Shown one piece after another: positions 37,459 through 46,321 of a DNA stretch of 64,000 nucleotides. Each line of letters begins with the position of its first letter. Positions within the stretch are counted from its first letter, which is position 1. Origin of the DNA: a virus; the IMG/VR virus record IMGVR_UViG_3300015203_000008; one strand, given 5' to 3'. The notes under the pieces were generated by a model. The model searched no databases. It was given only the letters and a program-made list of their open reading frames with translations, and was not told the origin of the DNA. The position numbers were made by a program, and so were the translations under genes.

Positions 37459-39261
37459 TTATCGCACCAGCAACACTGGCAAGTTGCCGACAATCCCCGT
37501 CGATGAAATCAAGATGCCGATCACCTGCCCCATTCCTGAAGGATATGAGGTAGTCGCCGGCACTCCGCTGTCCATGCACCAGTCAGGATTCGCTGGGTTA
37601 GAGGACGTGACGACCCAGTTCCCAACCGTGTATCCGCCACTAAACGAGCAGTACGCTACGCCTTCACGTGCGATTTTTACGTTCCCGCTTGTCCCCGCGT
37701 TCGCTACTGCGATCCCAAGAACACCGTGCGCTTGCGAAGCCGACGCCGCCGTAGCAGTGCAAACCGAAGAAGTGCAGGTCAGCGTGACCAGTTTATTCAG
37801 GTGCGGCGCCGCAGCTCCATTGTTGGGAAGCTCGAAGACTCCCGCCTGATAAGCGCCAAGGTCCAAAGCTATCGTGCTCGAAGATCCGCCCATCGGCGCG
37901 TATCCACCCAAGGGCGCGGAACCGAGCACAGGAGAGTTCGATAAGACTACCGAGCCCCTGCCCGTCGAAGCCGTGTATGTCGGAGTAAGCGCGTTCGTGC
38001 CGTCGCCGGTTGACGTATAGAACTTCGGTTGCGTGGTCGTGTTCGCGGGCATATTCCTCCAGACGAATTTCCCGCCACCGACCGGGCCGAGGAACAAGGT
38101 GTCGTATGCCGCCCCCGGAATCACGTCGGTAGACAATAGGCGTTGGTTCCTGCCGTTGGCGTTGGCAACGAAATAAGACCCGCTCGGATCTAGCCATAGC
38201 TCCCCGCCCATCGTGGACGTTGGCGCGTTTTCCGCGACCGGGATGCGGAGCGAAGGCCGCGAAGTCGTAGCAGCCGGGAAAAGCATAGACAGGCCGAATG
38301 TCACATTCGCTCCGTCTGTGACGTAGAAGAGTTCATCGTGCGCGGCGTTCGTGACCATGAACGTCCCGCCAGGATTCAAGCTAAACGAAGACGACCCGCC
38401 AGATACCCCTGTCGTCGTGTGAACAGTCAGCGCCGCATCGCCGTAGTTGTGTCCTTGCGATTTCGCCGTCACGCTAAATGAATCCACCGCGAACCCAACC
38501 TGCATCGTGTTGTCCAGTTCGCAAGAAATCCAAGTCATAAAGCGAAGCGTGTTGTCGTTGACTCCCGCGCCGCCTTGAATCTGCCCTCCGACTTGGTTTG
38601 TCCAAAGCATGTAGTTCTCTCTGGCTGCGGCGCTCAGAACGAACGTGGTGCTATCTGCATCCGCTATCGGCGCGGAAAGCGTCAAGTGCTGGCTGTCGAT
38701 AACGTCTGCGATCTTAGAAGCAATTGGAACGCGGTTTCCGGCGATCACAGGCTGTGCGTTTACCCATGCTCCGGTTATGTCGAAAACACCTCCCGAGATC
38801 CACGTTACATCCGTTCCAGAGACAGACACGACTGACGAAACGTATTGATTGTTGCACCCGCTCGTCCAGTAATGAGGTTCATTGACAATAGTGATGCCGC
38901 CCGTCAAAGTATTCGGTTGCCACCCGAAGCTCGCTACGTTGTCGCTCTGCGGATCGACGCCTTGCGATGTATTGTACTGTCCGTTTGTAGCGAGGTGATT
39001 CCCGAACATCGCGACTCCGAACTCTCCGTTGAGAGGGTATTCGCTGGGCCGAACCAGCCAAGGAATCTGCGCGCTGATGTTGCCTGTCGCCCCGGGCGCT
39101 CCGACGAAACGAAGAGTTCCAGTTACGGGATCGACAACCACCTTCGCTGATCCTACGAAGCCGCCCGATCCGTCCGCAACTTGTACCGCGTTTTGCGGGC
39201 CGGTAGATTGCGCGTAAACGAGAGTCGCGAAAAATAGGATAGCAAGCGCGGGTTTTTTCAT
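37459..39261 (-). CDS. Signal-peptide-bearing fibre protein with a C-terminal DUF2190/capsid-cement-like domain
   Basis: MKKPALAILFFATLVYA|Q; C-terminal GVLGIAVANAGTSGNVKIAREGVA...GNWVV...QVIGI. Confidence 0.65.
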   Translation of the reverse strand: MKKPALAILFFATLVYAQSTGPQNAVQVADGSGGFVGSAKVVVDPVTGTLRFVGAPGATGNISAQIPWLVRPSEYPLNGEFGVAMFGNHLATNGQYNTSQGVDPQSDNVASFGWQPNTLTGGITIVNEPHYWTSGCNNQYVSSVVSVSGTDVTWISGGVFDITGAWVNAQPVIAGNRVPIASKIADVIDSQHLTLSAPIADADSTTFVLSAAARENYMLWTNQVGGQIQGGAGVNDNTLRFMTWISCELDNTMQVGFAVDSFSVTAKSQGHNYGDAALTVHTTTGVSGGSSSFSLNPGGTFMVTNAAHDELFYVTDGANVTFGLSMLFPAATTSRPSLRIPVAENAPTSTMGGELWLDPSGSYFVANANGRNQRLLSTDVIPGAAYDTLFLGPVGGGKFVWRNMPANTTTQPKFYTSTGDGTNALTPTYTASTGRGSVVLSNSPVLGSAPLGGYAPMGGSSSTIALDLGAYQAGVFELPNNGAAAPHLNKLVTLTCTSSVCTATAASASQAHGVLGIAVANAGTSGNVKIAREGVAYCSFSGGYTVGNWVVTSSNPANPDWCMDSGVPATTSYPSGMGQVIGILISSTGIVGNLPVLLVR

Positions 39262-39704
39262 TTGGCTGCTGGTTGAGATGTTTGCTGCTGCTGTATTACT
39301 TGCGCCTTGACTGCGGCTGAAGGTTTCGGCACCGCACCATCCGCCGTGGTTGAATCGACTTGCTGCGTCCGAATCTTATCCAAAATTTGCCGCAGCCGTG
39401 CGTCTGTCAGGGCGTCCTGGTATAAGCCTTTTACGATGCCGTCCAAGGTTGCTGAAGTTCCAGTGGCGTTGTATTCGCTGATGATGCGTTGCCCTTCATC
39501 TCGGGTAAATCCGCCGTGCCGCGCGCGGCGCGTAAGTCCCGATTCTTGCACCGTAACCAAAACGTCGATTCCTTCACCTTCGCGGCTATCTGTGATATCA
39601 ACCGAAAAGGCTGGTCCGGGCGCTGCTCCGCGCAGAAGGACGCCCATAGCGAGTACGCCAGCTATTGCCAACGCGGCTACACCATACGACATCTTCTTTA
39701 GCAT
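39258..39704 (-). CDS. Signal-peptide/TM-anchored protein
   Basis: MLKKMSYGVAALAIAGVLAMGVLLRGA. Confidence 0.7.
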   Translation of the reverse strand: MLKKMSYGVAALAIAGVLAMGVLLRGAAPGPAFSVDITDSREGEGIDVLVTVQESGLTRRARHGGFTRDEGQRIISEYNATGTSATLDGIVKGLYQDALTDARLRQILDKIRTQQVDSTTADGAVPKPSAAVKAQVIQQQQTSQPAAK

Positions 39705-40465
39705 GTTGTGGCACTCCCCGCGCAGATTTCAGACCCAACTTGGCCGCCGTAAACAACGGCAACAACCATCTGACCCGCGCTGAACGTCCCGGTCGTTGTG
39801 AACGTAATCGCGGTTCCGGTACCCAAATATGTCTTTGTGTTGAACGTGCCAACGTTCTTGCCCTGCGTGATGTTAGCGGTTACCGTGCTGGCTAAGTACT
39901 GCACCGAGGTTGTATCGTTGCTTTGCACCGTTACGGCTGTGCCGCCAACCGCGCCCTGCCCGGTCATGCAATAGAAGTTGATGAAGACGATCTGGACCCC
40001 GTTACCGTTGCCTGACAGATTGCGGGATGTAGCCAGAGTATAGGTTCCCGCCGCGCCGCCCGATGTCAAATCGAGCGTAAATTCCTTCATGCCGCCGTGC
40101 CAATTACCCGATGTCGGACCAGCAGACTGGAACGGAGACAATCCCGGCTTGAGAGCCAATACAGGACTGCTAGCGTATAAAGAGCTTGCGTCCCAACGCC
40201 TCCCAGTGCTTCGATAAGAAGCCGCGTCCAGTTCGGCTTGCGGCGTCAAGTTCAAGGCTCCACCTGCTTGCCGCACGAAATCATTGACGATGCCGGAAGG
40301 GAGACCCGCGTAGTCGTTTTCGCTTACTCGCGTGTCTTGGACCACCGTCATAATCGTAGGCATGTAGTGGCGCAAGATTTGTGGCAAAAACTGGTGAGCG
40401 AGAGAAAACACGCTGGCCAGAATCAACACCGCGCCCAGCATTCCAGACCAAAGTTGTTTAATCAT
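39698..40465 (-). CDS. Signal-peptide-bearing beta-rich protein
   Basis: MIKQLWSGMLGAVLILASVFSLA; C-domain paralogous to 40465-40929. Confidence 0.7.
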   Translation of the reverse strand: MIKQLWSGMLGAVLILASVFSLAHQFLPQILRHYMPTIMTVVQDTRVSENDYAGLPSGIVNDFVRQAGGALNLTPQAELDAASYRSTGRRWDASSLYASSPVLALKPGLSPFQSAGPTSGNWHGGMKEFTLDLTSGGAAGTYTLATSRNLSGNGNGVQIVFINFYCMTGQGAVGGTAVTVQSNDTTSVQYLASTVTANITQGKNVGTFNTKTYLGTGTAITFTTTGTFSAGQMVVAVVYGGQVGSEICAGSATTC

Positions 40466-40929
40466 TAAGAAAGGAGTCCTCCGGTAGCGGCAGGCGAATA
40501 CTTACAAGTCGCCTGAATCGCGCCCGCCGTGCCGTTTGTACCGACGATGCTCAACTGAATATGCTTGCCCGAAGGCAGATACGTCGGAGTATTGTAGGTT
40601 GTCAGAGGCTTGCCGCCAGTAAGCGCCGCTACCACAACAGACGCCAGCATGACAGTGGGAGTGGTGTCGTCCGTCTGGACAGTGACAGATGTCAACCCCG
40701 TGACCGTGGTTGTTACCTCAAAGGTGCAGTATTCCACCACCACGGCTGCGGTGCTTGCCGTAAAAATGGTGTAGGTTCCGACGTTCTGGTTTGTGGACGT
40801 GCTGCCGTTAGCTATGGCGGTTTGGCCGGGAAGAGTTGCTATCGAGAAGTTGTCAGCCTTTGGGCGAACAACAACCGCAGCGAGGATGGCTGTCAGGACT
40901 AAGAGAGATAGCTTTTGTCTGTTTGTCAT
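40465..40929 (-). CDS. Signal-peptide-bearing beta-rich protein
   Basis: MTNRQKLSLLVLTAILAAVVVRPKA|D; two Cys. Confidence 0.72.
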   Translation of the reverse strand: MTNRQKLSLLVLTAILAAVVVRPKADNFSIATLPGQTAIANGSTSTNQNVGTYTIFTASTAAVVVEYCTFEVTTTVTGLTSVTVQTDDTTPTVMLASVVVAALTGGKPLTTYNTPTYLPSGKHIQLSIVGTNGTAGAIQATCKYSPAATGGLLS

Positions 40930-40931
40930 GA

Positions 40932-42857
40932 CTAATTCACGTTATACCCGGAAACCGAAACCGACTGAATGAGATTCGCCAGCGACGCTGACCATTCCAA
41001 TGTCATGGCCGTATTCGTAGTACCGGGCAGGTTCAATCCGCAAACGCTGAACGGAGAAATATTCTGCCCTGTGGCCGCGAGCACTACAGTTTGGTACGTC
41101 CAGATGATCGTGCCCGCGCCTGTCGCTCCGTCACGAAGATTGACGGTAAGCGCCGTTGCTACGGGCGCGGATGTAGACGCCGCCGAGAACGCGATGCAAT
41201 CCGCAACGTGCCGCACCGCCGATTCTGCCGCAATTGACGCCGTAGCTTGTGACCCCGCCGCAGGATTTGATATTACGGAAAATCGCGAACCTTTTTCCGT
41301 GAAGATCGCTCCCGCTTCGTTGCGAGCCGTCAACGTCGTGGCAGTCGGCATATTGGCGAGCGTAACGTTCGCCATCTGGTCGCTACCAATCACTACGCGA
41401 GGCGATCCGTTATTGGAAGCGCCAGTCCCACCAGGGACCTGCCCGCCTGTGCTTGCAAGTGTGTTGATGTTGATGTTTGTGGAATTTGCGCCGCTTGACC
41501 CTTGCGGAACCGATTGACCGTTGCTGCCCATCACCATATTCACTGGTTGCAGCGCGGTGGTCAACAGGATCGCAGTAGTTCCGGTAACGGCAGTAGGCCG
41601 CAGCCTGAATCCTGTGGTGCCGAGAGGCAGGTAGAATCGGTAGATACCCGATGTGGTGATATTGGCGGTGTTGTCCGACGACTGGCCGCCTGCGTTGTTC
41701 AAGATGTCGTATCGGAAATTGTTGGCGGCTACCGTCCAGTTAAATGGGGCCGAACTCGCTGTCGCCGCGACGCCGCTGAAATTGTAATCAAAAGCGATTT
41801 CGGGCACCAGCGTATTGCTTCCTCCAACGCTGATGTTAGCGGTCACCACGTTGTACCCCTGCACCGCGATCCACGCAGAATTAGCTTGCCCTGTCGCAGT
41901 TATGGAGTACGTCAAACCCTGGCCCGAAAGTATCGGATTGGGATTGCTGCCACCGTTGACAGTTCCTACTCCTGTCGCGCCTTGCGTCTGTAGTGCGGAT
42001 GTGCCGGTCTGACCGGCGTTGATCTTAACTAGCGTGTTACCGGAGCTATCGCACTGTACGTTGGAGTAATTTCCTGTGGTTATGGTCGTCGGCGAGTTGT
42101 TGAACATGCAGTAGCCGGAAGCGGCCAACAATCCATTACCTTGAACGTTCTGCCCAATCGCTGAATCTCGAACACGACTCCACGATGAGCCATTGTAGGC
42201 ATACAGCCAAACCGCCAATCCTCCCGGCGATGCGAGCGGAAACGTTTGATTTGTATTCGCGATAGAGTCCGCACCCGAACCAGTGACGCCGATTGGGAAG
42301 CCCCCGCTATTCGATGCCGGAACAACGCTGGTGGAATTGGCTGCTGTCTGCACGCCCTGCCCGTTCGCTGTTACTGCAACGCTCGCGGCAGGGGTTTGAT
42401 TACCGAGAGGTCCGGTGATCGTGGTAGTTCCACCTCCACCGCCGGAGCTCGTCGTCACATTCCATTGACTGAAGCATGCCGTCAACGCAACGCTACCCGA
42501 TCCGGTGAACGTTGCGTTGTTCACAAACCAGTATCTATAGGCTCCCGCCGCGCTCCCCATGTCAGTCGCCGTTGTCGCCGTGGACGCGCTGATCTTGGAG
42601 AATGTATTGCTCGCGCTCGCCGCAGCAGTCTGTCCAGCCACAATTGCCGCCGAGAAGGTTGTAACGGTACCAGTGGGAACGTAAGTCACCGTGACTGATA
42701 CCGTGCTCCAATTCTGAGGCGGATCGGTGGGCCAGATTTGAACGTAGGTCCCTGCCGTCGCAGTGCTCAGGGTTGTGGTCTTGCACACCTGGCTAGGCAA
42801 TTGGGCATGACTTACAGTCGCCGCGAGAAGCAGCGTCAAGAAGAGGAACTTTTTCAT
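40932..42857 (-). CDS. Signal-peptide-bearing multi-domain spike/fibre-like protein
   Basis: MKKFLFLTLLLAATVSHA|Q; Thr/Ser/Gly-rich; three Cys pairs. Confidence 0.72.
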   Translation of the reverse strand: MKKFLFLTLLLAATVSHAQLPSQVCKTTTLSTATAGTYVQIWPTDPPQNWSTVSVTVTYVPTGTVTTFSAAIVAGQTAAASASNTFSKISASTATTATDMGSAAGAYRYWFVNNATFTGSGSVALTACFSQWNVTTSSGGGGGTTTITGPLGNQTPAASVAVTANGQGVQTAANSTSVVPASNSGGFPIGVTGSGADSIANTNQTFPLASPGGLAVWLYAYNGSSWSRVRDSAIGQNVQGNGLLAASGYCMFNNSPTTITTGNYSNVQCDSSGNTLVKINAGQTGTSALQTQGATGVGTVNGGSNPNPILSGQGLTYSITATGQANSAWIAVQGYNVVTANISVGGSNTLVPEIAFDYNFSGVAATASSAPFNWTVAANNFRYDILNNAGGQSSDNTANITTSGIYRFYLPLGTTGFRLRPTAVTGTTAILLTTALQPVNMVMGSNGQSVPQGSSGANSTNININTLASTGGQVPGGTGASNNGSPRVVIGSDQMANVTLANMPTATTLTARNEAGAIFTEKGSRFSVISNPAAGSQATASIAAESAVRHVADCIAFSAASTSAPVATALTVNLRDGATGAGTIIWTYQTVVLAATGQNISPFSVCGLNLPGTTNTAMTLEWSASLANLIQSVSVSGYNVN

Positions 42858-42864
42858 GGATTAT

Positions 42865-43281
42865 CTACTCCGAGATGAGCGGTGTACAGGTACCGGCGTC
42901 CATTGAGTTGACGCGGAACTTGAGAAACTTGCAACCCTGCGTATTGATACCCACTTTGGCATCGCTGACGGGCAGATTGAACGGCTGGAGGCTCACGGCA
43001 TAGGTGACACCATCAATACTGCCCAGAAGCTCCCCGTCGAATGCCGTCACGCCAACCAGAGTCAACTGCACCGCCACGAACGTTCCTGGACGGCCGTGGT
43101 GAGTCGGTAGCGCGATCGCATCGCTCAGTTGAGGCACAACGATAGGCCCGGTGAAGACGGTGGGGTACGCCGCTTCATTTGAGTTTATCGGGCCAGCCTG
43201 GAACTGGAACCCATCGCAAAGGCTGTTGTGCGGCCCGTAGCCGATCGGACTTCCGGTCGAGATTGACGTGTTTAGAGGCAT
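42865..43281 (-). CDS. Small beta-sandwich structural-like protein without a signal peptide
   Basis: VAVQLTLVG...ELLGSIDGVTY...KFLKFRV strand pattern. Confidence 0.55.
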   Translation of the reverse strand: MPLNTSISTGSPIGYGPHNSLCDGFQFQAGPINSNEAAYPTVFTGPIVVPQLSDAIALPTHHGRPGTFVAVQLTLVGVTAFDGELLGSIDGVTYAVSLQPFNLPVSDAKVGINTQGCKFLKFRVNSMDAGTCTPLISE

Positions 43282-43282
43282 G

Positions 43283-43606
43283 TCACTTTTTCCCTTTCGC
43301 GGCTTCGAGTTCTTTCTTGGCAGCTTCGAGCGCCGCCTCTGCCGCCTCTGCGCGCTTCTTCCAAGATTCCACCTGACGGGTCAAAGAACGAACCGCAATG
43401 CCGCGATCGGCGTATTGATCCGAGAGATCCTTGTAAGCCTGAAGCAGATCCGCAGGGATGGCCTGATCTGCGATTGGAGCTTTCAACGGGTCCTGAGGTG
43501 CGGTAGCAGCCGGAGGACCCGCAGGCACCGGCGCCGGGGTTTGGGGGTAGAGCGCCAGTGAAGCCAATAGCACCAAGGGAATCATAACAATGCGTGCAGT
43601 TTTCAT
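43283..43606 (-). CDS. N-terminal TM/signal plus coiled coil (i-spanin-like architecture)
   Basis: MKTARIVMIPLVLLASLALYPQ, Pro-rich linker, C-terminal coiled coil. Confidence 0.5.
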   Translation of the reverse strand: MKTARIVMIPLVLLASLALYPQTPAPVPAGPPAATAPQDPLKAPIADQAIPADLLQAYKDLSDQYADRGIAVRSLTRQVESWKKRAEAAEAALEAAKKELEAAKGKK

Positions 43607-43623
43607 ATTCGCCTTTATCCTTG

Positions 43624-43827
43624 TTACAAACTGTGGCAGGAGTAGCACTCCGGCGGGTAGGGCGCCGACTTGGTGCAGCTATCGGGGTCCACGTTCGGAT
43701 TTGTGATGCAACCATCCGCGAAGCGCGCAACCCGCGGACGAAAGGTCATCGGCGCGGGCTTGCCGTGGATCGCCCAAACAAGAGACGACAATAACAGCAG
43801 CGTGAACAGCAGAAAGCGTGCGATCAT
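43624..43827 (-). CDS. Small exported Cys-rich peptide ending in CxxCH
   Basis: MIARFLLFTLLLLSSLVWA...PECYSCHSL-stop; GAGGGAAGG RBS-like sequence. Confidence 0.55.
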   Translation of the reverse strand: MIARFLLFTLLLLSSLVWAIHGKPAPMTFRPRVARFADGCITNPNVDPDSCTKSAPYPPECYSCHSL

Positions 43828-43968
43828 TCGGGAAACCTTCCCTCTTTCATTAGTTTGAGAATCTTGCGTACCTGCGCGATCATGATCTCCGAGTAGTCCG
43901 GCTGCCACCATCGGCGAGTTTTCTGATAACTGATGGCGTTAAGCAGAAGCAGGAGAGAATACCCAATC

Positions 43969-44358
43969 TCACGTTCTCGCCGCGTCGAGGCGGTGTTCGA
44001 GTCCTTTGAATCGCTGGTCGGCCTCTCGGCTCCCAAGAAATCGGGCTTCCGTCCATTCCCTAATTTCATCGGCCAATGCGCGATTTGAGTTTTCCATCTT
44101 AGCCGGCGTAACCATATTGTCCCTGATCTCACGCAGCTCTTGCTTGATCCACGCCTTGTCAGAGCGCGCTTGGAGGACGAGCCAAGCGATGACGCCGAGC
44201 GCGAGGATGCGAATCCATGTCTCGTTTGCGAGGACAGCATTGATCATGCCTCCAACGTCTCCACCCTCGGAGCGCCGCGCAGCAGACCATGCGAATGACG
44301 CTCCGAGCGTGAATAGGATGGAATATAGCAATAGGCCCCACAGTGCGCGGCGTAGCAT
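43969..44358 (-). CDS. Two-TM protein with a coiled-coil tail (holin-like)
   Basis: MLRRALWGLLLYSILFTLGASFAWSA and WIRILALGVIAWLVL. Confidence 0.5.
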   Translation of the reverse strand: MLRRALWGLLLYSILFTLGASFAWSAARRSEGGDVGGMINAVLANETWIRILALGVIAWLVLQARSDKAWIKQELREIRDNMVTPAKMENSNRALADEIREWTEARFLGSREADQRFKGLEHRLDAART

Positions 44359-44362
44359 CGTG

Positions 44363-44911
44363 TTATTTCTTAAACAGGTTCGACACGTCGTACCCTGCTC
44401 CGACCGAATATTCCTTGAATCGGGAGCCGGTGATGTTCCCGTTGGTCGGTTCCCACGACCCGCAGAGGCCGAACTTACTACCGACACGCGATAGGTAGAA
44501 TCCAGTCTTCGCGCCGTAATTGTACCCAACGTTTTGACCCGTTGTGGTGGCACCGACCGTGCCGCCGACGCCGAAGGTAATTCGGTAATTCGCGCTGAGC
44601 ATCTTGTCGTAGACGGGGAGCCATGCGCCCGTACTGCAATCGTTGGCCTGCGCGGTTGCCGAGGACGTCTTGCTCAGGATCTGGCGAAAGTTGTATGTGG
44701 TGCATTTCGTGAACGAGTAGATGTGGCCGTGGTCGCCATTGCTGAATCCGGTATCCTTCAGCAACTCTACCCAGTAGTTGGCGCTGCCGTTGTTTCCGTA
44801 GCCGGTGGCTACGATCGTATTCGGAAGCGGAGGCAACGGCGCGATGGTCTGCGCGAAGACGGAAAGCGAAAGAGCGAAGGTCAAGACGAGCAGTGTTGCG
44901 AAGTTCTTCAT
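44363..44911 (-). CDS. Signal-peptide-bearing protein, possible small outer-membrane beta-barrel
   Basis: MKNFATLLVLTFALSLSVFA|Q; amphipathic strands ITFGVGGTVG, YNYGAKTGFYL, YSVGAGYD. Confidence 0.6.
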   Translation of the reverse strand: MKNFATLLVLTFALSLSVFAQTIAPLPPLPNTIVATGYGNNGSANYWVELLKDTGFSNGDHGHIYSFTKCTTYNFRQILSKTSSATAQANDCSTGAWLPVYDKMLSANYRITFGVGGTVGATTTGQNVGYNYGAKTGFYLSRVGSKFGLCGSWEPTNGNITGSRFKEYSVGAGYDVSNLFKK

Positions 44912-44927
44912 TGCGATTCTCCTGTTT

Positions 44928-45146
44928 TTACGCTGATGCTGCGAAACTCGATGGCTTGCCGATTCCACGGATGCGAAGAACATAGTCGGCGCGATTGTCG
45001 GCTCCGGTCTTCTGAAACACCGCCATCAGGTGATTCTTGACGGTCTGCTCTGCGATGTCCATGCGTTGCGCGATTTCCTTGTTGCGGAGTCCCAAACAGA
45101 ACAAGTCGGCTACTTGCTGCTGGCGGCGAGAGATATTGGAGTTCAT
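44928..45146 (-). CDS. Stand-alone LuxR/GerE-type HTH regulator
   Basis: ISRRQQQVADLFCLGLRNKEIAQRMDIAEQTVKNHLMAVFQKTG..NR. Confidence 0.88.
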   Translation of the reverse strand: MNSNISRRQQQVADLFCLGLRNKEIAQRMDIAEQTVKNHLMAVFQKTGADNRADYVLRIRGIGKPSSFAASA

Positions 45147-45439
45147 GGCTTCACCGGCGAAATCACGATGCCGTTCTTGTACATCGCGATCACTTCGCGC
45201 AATTCTTGAAGAGCTGATGCGAAGGGAATAACCAGCGCGTTGACGCTCACGATTGCAGCTTTCGCCTCTACCAACACCGGCTGGAGCAGGTTCAAGTCAT
45301 CGCGCGCGGCGTTCGCCGTCCCATCGATTTCCTGAAGCGCCTTTTCAAGGCTGGCCACGATACCAGCGATCTTCTCCGGCGGAGCGGCCTTCAGTTCCAG
45401 CAGCAGCGCATCAACCGCGGGTTTCAGTCCGATGTCCAT
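45143..45439 (-). CDS. Helical hypothetical protein
   Basis: ATGA-coupled amphipathic helical ORF. Confidence 0.6.
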   Translation of the reverse strand: MDIGLKPAVDALLLELKAAPPEKIAGIVASLEKALQEIDGTANAARDDLNLLQPVLVEAKAAIVSVNALVIPFASALQELREVIAMYKNGIVISPVKP

Positions 45440-45445
45440 GATGGC

Positions 45446-45628
45446 TTACCGGTAGTGCGGGAATCCACCGATGCCGCCTCCGAAGAGGTAGACCAGCAGG
45501 ACCACGAGCAGAATCAGCCCGAGGCCACCGCCGTATCCCCAGCCTGGACCGTTGCCCCATCGGGATCCGCCGTAGAATCCTCCGCCACCGCCGAACAACA
45601 GGATCAAAACGATAATCAAAATCAGCAT
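45446..45628 (-). CDS. DUF3309-like small two-TM Gly-rich membrane protein
   Basis: MLILIIVLILLFGGGGGFYGGSRWG...GGGLGLILLVVLLVYLFGG. Confidence 0.7.
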   Translation of the reverse strand: MLILIIVLILLFGGGGGFYGGSRWGNGPGWGYGGGLGLILLVVLLVYLFGGGIGGFPHYR

Positions 45629-45641
45629 GTGATGCTCCTTT

Positions 45642-45953
45642 TTACTTCGGGTCGGGCGTCTTCGCCACGGCTTTTTCCATCTCAACTTCGTGATCGCGCG
45701 AACGCTTCTCAGCCGCTGCGGCGCGCTCGCGATGAGCGGCAGAGCCGCTGAAGTCGGCAAACTCGCGGGCCAACTCCGCGTGGTCCTTCATCAGCGTACC
45801 CAGAGGCCCGTCGACGATATCCACAACTCCCTGAATCGCCGCGTTGGTCTTCTTCGATTCCTGCTTGGCGTCGTATCGACGCATGAAGTACAGCCCTACC
45901 TGCGTTGCAACCACCGTAGCGAATCCCCAAAACGCAGGACTCGGCTCAGTCAC
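45642..45953 (-). CDS. Single-TM protein (holin/antiholin-like)
   Basis: FWGFATVVATQVGLYF followed by a charged tail. Confidence 0.5.
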   Translation of the reverse strand: MTEPSPAFWGFATVVATQVGLYFMRRYDAKQESKKTNAAIQGVVDIVDGPLGTLMKDHAELAREFADFSGSAAHRERAAAAEKRSRDHEVEMEKAVAKTPDPK

Positions 45954-46321
45954 GGCTTTATTTCTTCGGCAGCTTTGCCCACTGAGGCAAGCGGCTCGGA
46001 AACGGGTGCAACTTCCGTCTTTACCTTTACGAGAGTATCCCTGGTGACGATGCTAGCGCCTTCCATCTCTACAGAATGAGTTTCGGTAGTCTTGGTCCAC
46101 TCAGGCAAGGGCCGCTTCTGGAGGTAGGCAAAGACGTGCGTGAGTCCGGACATCATGAAAATGGCCGCGGTGAGCTTTACCGTGTGCCCCAGGCCTGCGC
46201 CAAGGTTGAACGTTTCGGGGGCAATCAGCGCCGCTGCACTGCCGCCAGCGAAAGCAGACGATCCACCGCCGATAAAGGCAGTCCCGAGCCCGTATAGCCA
46301 GTCTCGCACTTGGTCTGTCAT
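45950..46321 (-). CDS. Two-TM holin-like protein
   Basis: WLYGLGTAFIGGG... and AAIFMMSGLTHVFAYLQKRPLP. Confidence 0.5.
   Translation of the reverse strand: MTDQVRDWLYGLGTAFIGGGSSAFAGGSAAALIAPETFNLGAGLGHTVKLTAAIFMMSGLTHVFAYLQKRPLPEWTKTTETHSVEMEGASIVTRDTLVKVKTEVAPVSEPLASVGKAAEEIKP

Noticed and set aside
37445-37849. 134 aa alternative-frame ORF
   Set aside because: Fully overlaps the 600 aa gene on the same strand, with no independent support
43824-44240. 138 aa ORF overlapping the holin-like gene
   Set aside because: No convincing start for the non-overlapping part; left unannotated
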